The notes below the pieces were generated by a model, which had not been told where the DNA came from, searched no databases, and saw nothing but the letters and a program-made list of their open reading frames with translations. Below, piece by piece: positions 30,373 to 43,500 of a DNA stretch of 64,000 bases. Both the position numbers and the translations under genes were made by a program. This DNA is from the human T2T-CHM13v2.0 reference genome, Homo sapiens. The stretch is from the NCBI RefSeq assembly GCF_009914755.1, contig NC_060939.1; one strand, 5' to 3'. Position 1 is the stretch's first letter, and each line of letters begins with the position of its first letter.

Positions 30373-31170
30373 CATTGGTTCCCAAGTGTGGCTGCACAGT
30401 GGAATCCCCTGGAGAATACTAGAAAACACTGGTGCCTGGCTCCCTCAATCACAGGCTCTGATTTCATTGGGATGAGGCATGACCTGGGCATGTGGATTTT
30501 TTTAGAGGTTCCAGGTGATTCTCATGTCTATTGTTGGATGCAGTGAATTCTAAATTTTTCTTCAAAGAATCAGTACGTTAATATGTTCAGTTCTTTGTCC
30601 TCCATTTTAAAGTTTAACTTCCTCATAGTTTCAGTAAACAAAATTTTCCACCAGTTTTAATCAGTAGTTCACATCTGTTCCCCTGGTCACCTGCCCCATC
30701 CTGACTCATCCTGGTCACCTGCTCCATCCTGACTCACCTCTGGTCACCTCCTCTGTCCTGATTCATCCCAGTCACCTGCTCTGACCTAAGTCACCTTTAG
30801 TTACCTGTTCCTAACCATCCTTCCCACCAAACTATTCACCCCACCACTCTGGCTTAGACCCCTGCTCTCTTTAAAATAGCCAATCGGAATTAGCTTAGAC
30901 TGTGCGGTCCCACCCTAGCCAATACGGGAACAACACAGCAGTAGGGGCTACCTGCATTAGGAATAAGATCCCGCACCCCTCCCTTGTTCTGGTGTGCTCT
31001 CACCATTGTTCCAACTGCGAGGAGCACCCTTTCTGCAGACAGTAAATTTGCCTTGCTGAGAAAACTTTTTGTCTGAATGCTAATTTTTCCTTGAGGTACC
31101 GAGGAACAAGTATTTCTAACAAAGGAACAAGCATTCTGTTTCCAACATCTATCAAAGTTTGAGAGCCATT
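30373..31170. mobile_element. MER5-type DNA transposon split by LTR10 copy 2
   Basis: ggttcccaagtgtggctgcacagtggaatcccctggag...ccaggtgattctcatgtctat [LTR] caaagtttgagagccattg. Confidence 0.7.
30532..31147 (+). mobile_element. LTR10-family solo LTR, copy 2
   Basis: tgttggatgcagtg...ttccaaca; exact 5-bp TSD TCTAT at 30527-30531 and 31148-31152; TGACTCA at 30702 and 30730. Confidence 0.88.
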
Positions 31171-31358
31171 GCTGCAGTGTAGAAGAGTGCTTCTCAAACT
31201 TCTGTGCACATTAGAATCTCCTGGAAGGCTTGGGAAAACTAAGCCCAAGCGGTCTAAGGGGTGGGGTGGGGAGATGGATGAGGATTTTCACACTTCTATT
31301 TAGTTCCAAGTGACGCTGATGCTGCTGGTCCACAACTGGTGAGGAACTCTTGCACTAT

Positions 31359-31907
31359 TTTAACCCAGTACTCCATTTTTCTAAGATAGTTTAATTATTT
31401 TTTTTCTTTTCTTTTCTCTTTCCTCTTTTCCCCCACTCCCTACTTAGCTTTTTAGAAATGCAATTACAGTCTTTTACCTCCTCTTCACCAGACACTCCCT
31501 ACAGGGCAAGTTCATCTATGTGCTTAGAAGCTCCAGAGCAGAACTCTCATCCACCAGGAGGTTGCCTTGAGAGAGAACAGTCGATTTACAACCCAAAGTA
31601 TGCCTGCTAGAGTTTCTGGACACCCTCACAAACTATTTCTGCCCATGAGGACCCCAAGTCAACCACCTGGTAGACAAGGCACCAAGATAGCTTGCCAACC
31701 CCCACCTGCTCACTTACCTCCTCTCCTGCCTTTTAAAAGTGCTCACTTTCTGCTCCAAAAGGGAAGCAATACCCTTAAGGCAGGAAGCCTGTCCTTCCTC
31801 CACTAAGCTGAACTTTGGAATAAAAAGTCGCTTTCTTTATGCCAGACCTCTCTCTTATTCACTGGACTCTGCAAGTGGCAAGCTACTGAGCCTATGTCTC
31901 GATTACA
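31359..31907 (+). mobile_element. ERV solo LTR (LTR47-like; subfamily uncertain)
   Basis: t(t)taacccagtactcc...gattaca termini, AATAAA at about 31819, LTR-type U3/R/U5 layout; flanked by MER5 pieces. Confidence 0.55.
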
Positions 31908-34539
31908 CTGTAAGCATCCCACTGTGGCTATTACTGCTGGCTGCATGTGAGCATCACTTGGGAAACTTTTAACACACCAATATCTGCGGCCCACCTCAGA
32001 CCAAACACCAATATCAGGGGCCCACCTCAGACCAAGTAAACCAGGCTCTTTGGAGTACAGGCCAGGCATCTGAATTTTACAGGGACTCCCAGGTGAGTCT
32101 AGTGTACCACTGAGGCCAAACATCACCACTAGAAACAGGCTGTCTGTGAATAGCTCAGGCAGGACCAGAGCCGCAGCTTTCTCCTACTCTGAGCTGAGAT
32201 CCACCTTCACACATCTTCCAGGCACAGTCCCCTACCTGCCTTACTGGAAAACACAGATCAAGCCCCCTCTTTACAATGTGACAGAGCTCTTGGTCCCATT
32301 TAAGCTTCTCTCCTTTTTCCCACAAAGTCCAGGGAGAAGCCGAGTTGATAACCAATGGCAACAATTCACAGACTTCTTAGCTAGGCAACACAACATTCAG
32401 GATAATCATTTCTTGGTTAAAGTCAACATTCTCACTGTTATTTCTGCTCAGATTCCCAATTTTGGGTGAGACAGAGGAGGGCAATAGTGTTGGCAGATTC
32501 TGGACACAACTAAAATACAAGGCCCCAATGTTTCATCTAGATAGTCTGCCCTGACAGGGAATATTCTAAGGAACAAAGTTCAGGAACTGTAATCACACTG
32601 CTGCTAGGTTACTAAACCCTAGTTTGTGCGACTCTGTACCAAGTATCCTGGGTATTGTACAGATTCACTGTTTTTCTAACACCAAGGGCTCGTTTTTGAA
32701 ATTTCCATGCAGTTTCATCTTTGGGAGTATTGTTACTAGTATTTCGTTTACTTTTTAAATATACTTTTGAGGCTCTTCTAAAGCAATACTTTTTTACCTT
32801 AAACAAATATTCACTTCTCCTAGTATAAATTATAGCTTCTTGCAGTAATCACTGCTGCTCAACCGGCATTCATTTCACAGGATAAAAATATATTCTTTTG
32901 GCTGTCTTAATGACTGTGTACACAACTTGTCCTCAAACCCTCTCTGGATTTTGGCTCAAAGCAACGTTCATGTTAGGAGGATGGAATGTGGTTTCAAGCA
33001 AGGCACTGAAAGGATTGCATGAACGACAGTAGATATTTTTACTAGCAGCAACTTTGTAGTTGATAATGGGTCGTTAAGACAGGAAAAGGGGCTCTTTCCA
33101 CAAAATCTCATCTGAAATGTAAAAGGAAAAGGTGTTCCATACAAAAAAGCCTCCCAGTGTCAATAAAGGGTGGTACCAGCAGGTTCCATGCCTCCCAGAA
33201 TATGCAGCCCTGGGCAGAAAGCATCAGGGAAAAGAAGAAGCACCCACCTTCCAGCATCTCCCAGTCCTGCCCGCCAACTCACCCTCCCCTCGCAGCCTAC
33301 TGCAACCCAGCTTTGAAGGGATTCGATCTCACATTTGGAGTGAAACAAGAATCAGAAAAAGCAAGGGTACTCAGCTGTTCCAGTTCCTATGCCTTTTTAA
33401 AAAAGTAACTCTGATATTGCCTTTTATTTAAATGTCTGCTTTCAACTTGTGTTTATGGAAGAAATTAGTGCCAAATTTGGCAACCAACAGAGCAGAGACT
33501 AATTGGTCTGGAACAGCAGCTGTCCAAGGAACAGCCTTCTGTCCTTATCCTTGGTCACCCGGCATGGCCTAAGGATTTTCCTTCTGCTTCAGGTAGGAGG
33601 TCGGCATGATTTCACCGGACTGAGGCAGTAGAGCGCTCATGCATCTACAAACGTCGTATGCCCCCCAGTCCCATGTTAAGGCCTTCAAGAGAATCCTAAT
33701 TCTTTAGGAAAAGAAAACCAACATTTCAACTCTTAATGCATAAAGGGAGCCTGAACAGCAGCTGACTTCTAGGTGAAGGAATGCACCCCAGGGCGTGATG
33801 GAGACTCTGACCTCAGAGGTGAATTTATGTGGCTTGGTCATCTGTACTCTTTCTGGTCCCCTTTTGTCTCTTGGTTCTCAGTCCTAGGAGACCACCAGCT
33901 CGTTCTCAGCCTTCCTCAAATCTCACCCTTCCTCAAATCTCACCAGTGTCAACTCCAGCTTGTGGTGACCTCATTGTCTGTGTGAACGGTGCCCCCGAGA
34001 GTGCAACGGAGCCTGCCTGCTTGTTGCTTGGCAAGATTCCACGTCTTTCCTCTCTTCCACACCCTCCAGTCCCAAGGCAGATTCATCATTCTCAATGTCA
34101 CAGGCATGTAAACATTTATTTTTGGCAGCCAAGTCTTTTCTTTTTAGGACATAAGAAATAATGAAATTATGAAACTTGGCAGCCGAAACAAGATAGGGGA
34201 CCAACCCCTAGACCATGGCCTGCCCCGTGATCTGTCTTCCAGGCCCTGCTGCCCAGGCCACAGGCGCAAACTCCCTCATGAGGTGGATGGTAAAAGAATG
34301 AGGAAGGTCTGCATTTCTATGCTTTCAGAACCACCGGTCAGTGGCCAACCACTCTCCAATGGGAAAGGAGGCCTAACGACAGCAGTGAAGAAAGAAGAGT
34401 GGTTATTACTGACGGTGAGATGGGATGATGAATGCATGGTGCTTCAAACAGTACATGGCACAGAGGAAGGGCTCTATCAGTGCTGCTTTAACGAGGAGGA
34501 GGAAGATGACATTTATGACAACTGCTCACATTAAGGAGC

Positions 34540-34690
34540 ACAGGTTCTCAAACTAGGCTACGTGTTGGAGTCGCCTAAGGAGTTAAAAAAAAATACAGAT
34601 GCCTAAATCCCACCTGCAGAAATCATGACTTAATTGGTACGAAGTGTGACCCGGACATCTGGATTTTTTAAAGATGCTCAAGGCATTTTA
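34540..34690. mobile_element. MER5-type fragment
   Basis: ggttctcaaactaggctacgtgttggagtcgcct...aaatacagatgcct. Confidence 0.6.
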
Positions 34691-34734
34691 TCTTTTCTCT
34701 GTATAGCTATGGAAAGGAAAAACACAGGTAGGTT

Positions 34735-37160
34735 GCATGCACCCTTCCCCCAGCCTCCCACAATGGTAACATTTTGGATAACTACAGTATATCAAAATCA
34801 GGATTCTGACATTGGGTACGATCCACAAAACTTGTTCTGATTAAACCACTTATACATGCGTTCATTCATATGTGTAGAGCTCTATGCAATTATATCACGT
34901 GTGTATCTTTGTGTAACCACCACAATCAAGAAACTTAACTGTATCATCACCACAAGACTACCCTTTTATGACCATAACCACCGTCCTCCCTATCCTTCAA
35001 ACCCTGGCCACCACTAGTCTGCTCTCCATCTCAATAACTGTTATTTCACAAATGTTATATAAATGGAACCATGCATTATGTATGCTTTTGAAACTAGCTT
35101 TTTAAAATTTGGTGTAATTTCCTTGAGGTTCATCCACATTGCTGTGTGTGCCCATAATTCATTCATTTTTATTGCTAGGTGGTATTGCATGATATGACTG
35201 TACCACAGATTAACTGCTCACCCATTGGAGCACATTTAGGTAGTTTCAAGTTTTGAGCTATTAAGAAGAATAGAGTTGTTATGAATATTCATGTGCAAGT
35301 TTTTGCATGAAAATGACTTTCCAATTCTCTGGGATAAATGCACAACAGTGCAATTGCTGGGCCATACGTTAAGTTTTAAAAGGAACTTTTCCAGAGCGGC
35401 TGTACCATTTTACGCGTGCCTTTCTAATTTCTTGAAGTAGGAACTTAACAATTATTCATTCGCAATCTTTCGTCTTTTCTAATGTAAGCACTTAACAGCT
35501 ATACATTCCCTCTCAGCACTGCTCTAGCTATATCCCACAAATTTTGATAAAATGGGTTTTCATTTTCATTCCGTTCTATGTATTTTTTATTTCCAATGAA
35601 GTTTCTTCTCTTATGGTTTATCCAGAAATGTGTTATTTAATTTTCAAGTGTTCGGAGATTTTCCTGTTGTCTTTTTGTTATTGATTTTCAGTTTGATTCC
35701 ATTATAAGGTCAGAGAATATACCTTACACGATCTCAATTCTTTTAAACTTGTTACAGTTTGCTTTGTGCCTCAGGATATAGTCTATAATGCTGAATGTTC
35801 CATGACAGCTTGAAAAGAATGTGTATTTTGCTGTTGTTGGATGAAGTGTTCTATAAATGTCCGTCGGATCCTGTTGGTTGATGTTTGGTTCTATATCCTT
35901 GCTAATTTTCTGTCTAATATTTTTATCAATTGCTGAGAGGGAGGTTTTGAAAATAGCCTTTTAAAATTGTGGATTCATCTAGCTATAATTGTGGATTCAT
36001 CTACTTTTTCTCTCAGGTTAGTTTTTGTTTCATGTATTTTGAATCTCTTTATTTTGGTACATATACGTTAAAGGTTGTTGTATCTTTTCTGGTGGGTTGA
36101 CCTTTTTATCATTATACAATGTCCCTCTTTGCCCCAGTCATCAATCTTCTTTCCTCTGAAGTCTACTTTTTCTGATATTAATATAGCGATTCCTGTTTTT
36201 TTCCCACAATGAATGTTTTCATGATGTATTTTTTCAATTTTTAAAATTTTACATTCAATCTACCTATGTCATTATGTTTGAAATGAGTTTCTTTCAGGGA
36301 GCAGATAGTTAGGTCACATTTTTAAATCCATTCTGCCAGTGTTTGTCTTTTAGCTGAAGTATTTTTTTAGATCATTGAAAGCAATTACTGACATGTTAGG
36401 GATTAAGTGTGCCATTTTATTATTTGTTTTGTTTCTTTTGTTTCTTTTTTCTAGACATCCTGTGGGTTACTTGAACATCAATTAGAGTTTGATTTTGATT
36501 TATTCATGATTTTAAAAATATCACTCTGTATAGTTCTCTTAGTGGTTCTTCTAGGTATTGCCATATACACACATCACAGCCAACTGGTGTTGACATTTCA
36601 CCACTCTGAGTTAAGCAGAGAAATGTGACATTTATTTAGATCCTCATACCCTCCCCATAATGCACTGCCTTAAGTGTTCTGTCTACATACATGAAATGTT
36701 ATAACTTATGCTTCAAAGCTAGAATATGACTTAAAAAGTTTACGAAGTTAAGAATACTCTATAATATGTAGTTGTACTTTTACCCATTCTGTTGTTCTTT
36801 TACTATTGTTCTGTTGTTCTTTTACCCATTCTGTTGTTTTTTACTATTGTTCTGTTGTTCTTTTACCCATTCTGTTTTGAAGGATCCATATTCTTCTCCT
36901 ACCATTTTCTTTGGAGAGCTTATTTCAGCCATTCTTTAAGGGTCCGTTTACTAGCAACAAATTCTATTAGATTTCCTTTTTCTGAGAATGTATTTTTTCT
37001 TCATTCCTGAAGGATAGTTTTATTTGATATAGGATTGAAAATTGAGAATTATTTCAACACTTAAAAAAAATTTTGTGCCACTTCATTCTGGCCTCTATGA
37101 TTTCAGATGAGAAACCTATCGTCATCCAAATTGCTGTTCCTTTAGAGGCAATACATTGTT
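34735..37160 (-). mobile_element. old L1M (MC/MD/ME-type) fragments; host element resumes at about 40986-42700
   Basis: Antisense L1 3' UTR and ORF2-like T-rich sequence; the sequence before 37160 continues after 40985. Confidence 0.7.
36781..36878. repeat. short dimeric tandem repeat (about 42-bp period, 2.3 copies)
   Basis: Alternating tacccattctgttgttcttt and tactattgttctgttgttcttt subunits. Confidence 0.85.
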
Positions 37161-37166
37161 CCCAAT

Positions 37167-40100
37167 TTTTTTTTCCTAATTTCTGTGGGTACATAGTAGC
37201 TGTATGTATTTATGGGGTGCATGAGATATTTTGATACAGACATACAATGTCTAATAATTATATCAGGGCAAACGGGGTATCATCATCTCCAACAATCCAA
37301 GTATACTTTTTTAGTTATTTAAAAATGTACATTTAAATTATAACTATAGCCCTGTTGTGGAACCAAATACTAGGTCTTATTCATTCCTTCTAACTAGTTT
37401 TTGTACCCATTAACTATCTTCACTTCCCTGCCAGCCTCCTATTACCCGTCTTAGCCTCTGGTAACCATCATTCTACTCTCTATGAGTTCAATTGTTTTAA
37501 TTTTTAGCTCCAACAAATAAGTAGAACATGTGAAGTTCGTATTTCTGTGCCTGGCTTATTATGACCTCCAGTTCCATCCACGTTGTTGCAAGTGACAGGA
37601 TCTCATTCTTTCTACTCCATTGTGGTAAGTACCATATTTTTTTAATCCATTCCTCTGTTGATGAACACTTTGGTTGCTTCCAAATCTTGGCTATTGTGAC
37701 TAGTGCTACAATAAACATGCGAGTGCAGATATCTCTTTGATATACTGACTTCCTTTCTTTTGGGTATATACCTAGCAGAGAGATTGCTGGATCACAAAAA
37801 TAGTTCTATTTTTAGTTTATTGAGGAACCTCCAAACTGTTCTCCATAGTGGTGGTACTAATTTACATTCCCACCAGTGTATGAGGGTTGCCTTTTTTCCA
37901 CAACCTTGCCAGCATTTGTTATTGCCTGTCTTTTGGATAAAAGCCTTTATAACTGGGGTGAGATGATATCTCATGGTAGTTTTGATCTGCATTTCTCTGA
38001 TGATCAATGATGAACACTTTTTCATTTGTATGTCTTCTTTTGAAAAATGTCTATTCAGATCTTTTGCGCGTTTTTAAATCAGATTATAAGATTTTTTCCT
38101 AAGAGTTGTTTGAGCTCCTTATGTATTCTGGTTATTAATCTCTTGTCAGATGGGTAGTTTGTAAATATTTTCTCCCATTCTGTGGGGTGTCTCTTCACTT
38201 TGCTGGTTGTTTTCTTTGTTGTGCAGAAGCTTCTTAACTTGATGTGATCCCATTTGTCCAATTTTCCTTTGGCTGCCTGTTCCTGTGGGGTATCACTCAA
38301 GAAATCTTTGCCCAGACCACTGTCCTGGAGTGTCTCCCCACTGTTTTATCAGTTTCATAGTTTGAGGTCTTAGATTTAAGTCTTTAATCTATTTTGGTTT
38401 TTGTACATCGCAAGAGAAAGGGATCTAGTTTCAGTTTTCTGCATATGGATATCTAGTTTTCCCAGCCCCACTTATTGAGGAGACTGTCCTTTCCCCAACG
38501 TATGTTCTTGGCACCTTCGTCAAAAATGAGTTCACTGTAGATGTATGAATTTGTTTCTGGGTTCTCCATTCTGTTCCATTGCTCTGTGTATCTGTTTTAA
38601 ATGCCAATACCCATGCCATTTTGGTTACTATAGCTCTACAGTATAATCTGAAGTCAGGTAATGTGATTCCTCCAGTTTCGTTCTTTTTGCTCAGGATAGC
38701 TTTTGCTATTTTGGGTCTTTTATGGTTCCATATAAATTTTAGGATTTTTTTTCTATCTCTGTGAAGAATGTCATTGATATTTTGATAGGGATTGCACTGA
38801 ATCTGTAGATTGCTTTGGGTAGTATGGATGTTTTAACAGTATTTATTCTTACAATTCATGAACGCTGAATATCTTTCCATTTTTTTTGAGTCCCCTTCAA
38901 TAGCTTGCATCAGTGTTTTATAATTTTCATTACAGAGATCTTTTACTTCTTTGGTTAAGTTAATTCTTAGGTATTTTATTTGTAGCTATTATAAATGGGA
39001 TTACCCAAGGCCTGCTGTAACCACTACCTAGATACTGCCTATGTTCTCTCAAAGTCCCAGGGTGCTACAATCAGCAGGTGGCAGAGCCAGCAAGGCTTGT
39101 CCTTCCCTTCAGGGCGGCAAGTTCCCCTAGGCCCCAGGTGGATCCAGAGACACTGTCCAAGAGCCAGGCACTGGAGTCAAAACCTTAGAAATCTACCTGG
39201 TGGTCTATTCTACTGCAGCTAAGCTGACACTCAAACTAGAGACAAAGTCCTGCCCTCTCCTCCCTCCTCTTTCACAGGCAGAGGAGCCTCTTCCTGTGGC
39301 CACCGCCACCACACAAGGCCCATGGGGAGTACTGCCAGGCTACCACAAGGTTCACTTAAGGCTCAAGCACTCTTCAGTTTGTGGTGAATGCTGCCAGACA
39401 TCGGACTCACCATTTAGGGCAGTGGACTCCCCTCTGGCCCAGAACAGTCCAGAAATGCTGTCCAGAGCAAAGGCCTGGAACTGGGGACCCCAAGAGCCCA
39501 CTTGGTGCTCCACCCCACTGTGGCCAAGCTGGTACCTAAGGTGCAAGACAAAGTCCCTTTTACTTTTCCCTCTGCTTTTCTCAAGCAGAAGGAGTCTCTT
39601 ACCATAGCCACCACAGATGGAAAAGTGCTGGGTCTCACCTGAAGCCACCACATCTCAGAGTCTAAGCCAAGGCCCATGGCATACTACCTGGGTATACCTC
39701 TGATTATTCAGGGCTGACTAGGGGCTCTTTAGCCAGCAAGTTATGAATGATGCCAGGACTGGGTGCTTCCCTTCAAGGCAATGGGTTTCCTTCTGGCTAA
39801 GTGTGTGTCTAGAATTGTCATCTGGGAGATATGGCCTAGAACGGGGGCCTTATGAACCTGGCTGGTGCCCTATCTTCCTGTGGCTGAGCTGGTATTCAAG
39901 ATGCAAGACAATGTTCTCTTTACGCTTCCCTCTTCTCTCCTGAAGGAGGAGGAAGGAGTTATTTTTGTTGCTGCAAGCAGCATAGCCTGGGGTTGGGAGA
40001 GGGGTGGCACAAGCACTCCCTTAGCCACCTCAGCTAGTGTCTAATTAAGTTGCATGCCCCCCAAGTCCACTGGCTCCAAGTCCAACACAGCACTAGGACT

Positions 40101-40985
40101 TAACTAGCAGTTTCAGTCCTTGTGGCCCAAACTGCCTTTCACGTTTATTTAGAACCCCAGAGCACTTTAGCCCACGAAGGCGAGGCCTGCCAAAACTCAA
40201 GTTCCAACCACTGGGATGGGTGATTCCTCTTCTAGCTAGGACATCCATGGGTGTCAGCTGAGCTCAGCCCGGTTTTGCTTTCCACTGTGCATTAGGCCAT
40301 TTTTCACACTGCTACAAAGAAATACCCGAGTCTGGGTAATTTATAAAGGAAAGAGATTTAACATGTGGACTCACAGTTGCACATGGCTGGGGAGACCTCA
40401 GGAAACTTACAATCATGGCCAAAGGCAAAGGGGAAGCAAGGACCTTTTTCACATGGTGGCAAGAGAGAGAAGAGCGAAGGCGGACGAGCCCCTTATAAAA
40501 TGATCAGATCTGGTGAGCACTCACTATCGCAAGAACAGCATGGGGAAACCACCCACCAGGTTCCTCCCTCAAGACTTGGGGATTACGCGATTACAATTTG
40601 AAATGAGATTTGGGTGGGGACACAGATCCAAACCATATCACACTGTGATAGGGCAGCATTGAGTTAAATGCAAAGTCTCACACTCGTTGTGCTATCCCTC
40701 CGCCAAGCACAGAGATTACCTCTCTGTGCTACACTGTGGCTGCTGTTGAAGGGTGGGGGAAGAGGTTGCACTGGCAATTCAAGACTGTCTTTCCTACCGA
40801 CTTCAATGCCTCCTTCAGTGATATGAAGTTAAAACTAGGTACTGTGAGTGCTCACTTGATTTTTGATTCTTATGAAGGCACTTTTGGTGTAGATAGCTGT
40901 TAAATTTGGTGTTACTGTGGGGTGGTGGCAGGGGGTGACAACTGATGGAGGCTTCTGTTTTATTTGGCCATCTTGCTCCTCCCTC
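37167..40985 (-). mobile_element. L1MA (L1MA1-3-like) retaining 3' end and 5' UTR with a large internal deletion
   Basis: 3' end tgtgggtacatagtag... at 37185, ORF2 remnants (ORFs 37497..37718, 37792..38025, 38079..38300), abrupt switch at about 39004 to GC-richer L1M 5'-UTR-like sequence ending ggccatcttgctcc. Confidence 0.8.
40288..40640 (-). mobile_element. THE1 (THE1D-like) solo LTR nested in the L1MA 5' UTR
   Basis: Exact TSD CACTG at 40283-40287 and 40641-40645. Confidence 0.9.
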
Positions 40986-41045
40986 TGGTCTCTGGTTGTT
41001 TTGAAGAGTTTTTTCTTTAAGGAATTTAGTTTTGATGTGCCTTAG

Positions 41046-41493
<448 letters not shown>

Positions 41494-43319
41494 TGCTTCT
41501 GGGATTCCTGATACAAGCTTATATCTTCCACAGATCCCTAAGGCCCAGCTCATTTTTTTTCCAGTGTATTTTCTCTGTTCAGATTGAGTGAATTATATTC
41601 ATCTAAGTTCACGGATTTTATTCCGTCATCTCCACTCTATCTAAATTCCATCCAATGAGAATTTTGTTGTTGTTCCTATATTTTTTCAGTTCTATAATTT
41701 TCATTGATTTATTTCTGTAAAATTTCAATTTCTTTGATGAAATTTTGTTTTTGTTTCAAGAAAATTTATAATTAATTTTTGGAAGCATTATTATGATTTA
41801 TAATCGTCGTTAGACAATTCCAACATTTGTCACTGGTGCCAGCTGACTGATTTTTCTCAAATTGTGGCTTGCCTAGTCTTAGTATGACTAGTGATTTTCA
41901 ACTACATCCTGAATACTTTGGTTATTATATTAGGAGTCTCTTGATCCTGTTTAAATATGCTATTGCAGCAAGCCATCACACTGTTTAGGTTTGCCAGGTA
42001 GGTCTGGCTTACTTTTGTGGGCTTTAATTCCAATGACAGTTTAGTTTTCAGAGGCCCTGCAATGTTATCCCAATCTGCTTTGTTTTTATGGTATCGTTGA
42101 GGCTCCTCTTCAGTCGCTGCTGGTGATATCTGTGGGGGTGAAAGGCACTTCCCTGTGTTACTGGGTGTCGCTGAGCCACCTCCTATAGGGGGGTCAGGGA
42201 GAGAGAAGCTTCTGGGTACAGAGACAGCAGGGAGACAAGGGGTTTCATTGCTGCTGCTGCTGCTGCTGGGAGCAGATCGAGCTGCCCACCAGTGTCCTGG
42301 TTGTGGAGCACAAGTTGAGTAGGCCTGGGGTTTGCTGCTGCTGCAGGTAGAGTAGCCAGCTCACTATGTCCTGTTTATGAAGCAGGTCTCAGGCTCCCCA
42401 TGTGGTCTCTGTTGGGCTTTGTCTCCCCAGTCCATTGGCCAGGGAGAGCAGACTGTTCTTGGGTTTTATGTCTAAGACTGTGGAAAGCTCCAGACTGTGG
42501 AAAGCTCCAGGCTGCAGGCCTCCAGGTGCCCCAATCGGTGTATGTGGGGAGAGGAAAAGAAAATCCAGAGAATTCACCATGTTGTCGTTCTCAAGCCCTG
42601 GGGCCCCTGGCCAGTGAGCCTTCTTCTTTCCATCTTTCATTATCATTTTATTGTTGTTGTTGAATAATCTCTAGGATATCTGGTTACATTTAGAGAAGGT
42701 TACCTTTACGTTTTTCTGAGGCTGTCAGTGTCCCCATTATACAGACGAGGACACTGGGGCACATGGAGGGTAAATGATGTGTGGCAAAGCTACCTTCAGG
42801 AATTTTTCTTTGGGGACCAGACCCTGGCTACACATTTTGGCAGAACCTCTGAGATCCAGAGGCCCAGCGTAGGTTGTCTCTCCTCTGTGCCTCCTGACCA
42901 ATGCTGCCACCTGGGAACTCCGCTCCTGTGTCTGGTCTGTCACCACCTTCCCTCCGTCCATCATGCTGCTGTGGCCATCACCAGATCAGACTTCCCGTAG
43001 CCCCCTGTCACAGCCCCTCTCTTCTGGGGGCCCTTCCAGAGCTCTGGGATCTGTATGTGGCAGGTATGATAGGGTCCTGTCCCACTGTGGCCTGGGCTCG
43101 CCACCTCTCCTCCTCCCGGCCCCATGGCTTTTGTTAATCACTCCTCTATTACATCAGGCTGATGTCTACTCCTCTGTCTCCAAATTCAGACATGCTCCTC
43201 AGTGACCATTCTATTTTCCTGGGCCAAGAGCGCCTGCCTCCTCCCTGAGGATGCCTAACATGGACAGTGCAATGAAAGCAATCTGAAAGCGCTACAGTCT
43301 GTGGCAGAGGCTATGGACA

Positions 43320-43500
43320 TAGTGGTCAGCAGTGTGGACACTGAGACCTTACTTCAAATCCTGATTCCATCACTTACAAGCTCTGGGACCATGGCAAGTT
43401 GCTTAAGTTCCCTGTGCCTCAGTTTCCCTACCTGTAGAATGGAGAGAACGACAGGAATTACCCCATGGAGTAGCTGGGATGAATTAACAGACATAAAGCC
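43320..43500 (+). mobile_element. MIR fragment
   Basis: ttcaaatcctgattccatcacttacaagctctgggaccatggcaagttgcttaagttccctgtgcctcagtttccctacctgtagaatgg. Confidence 0.75.

Noticed and set aside
37497-38764. ORFs resembling L1 ORF2 (also 16938-17346, 55999-56181)
   Set aside because: Frameshifted remnants of dead L1 copies, not genes.
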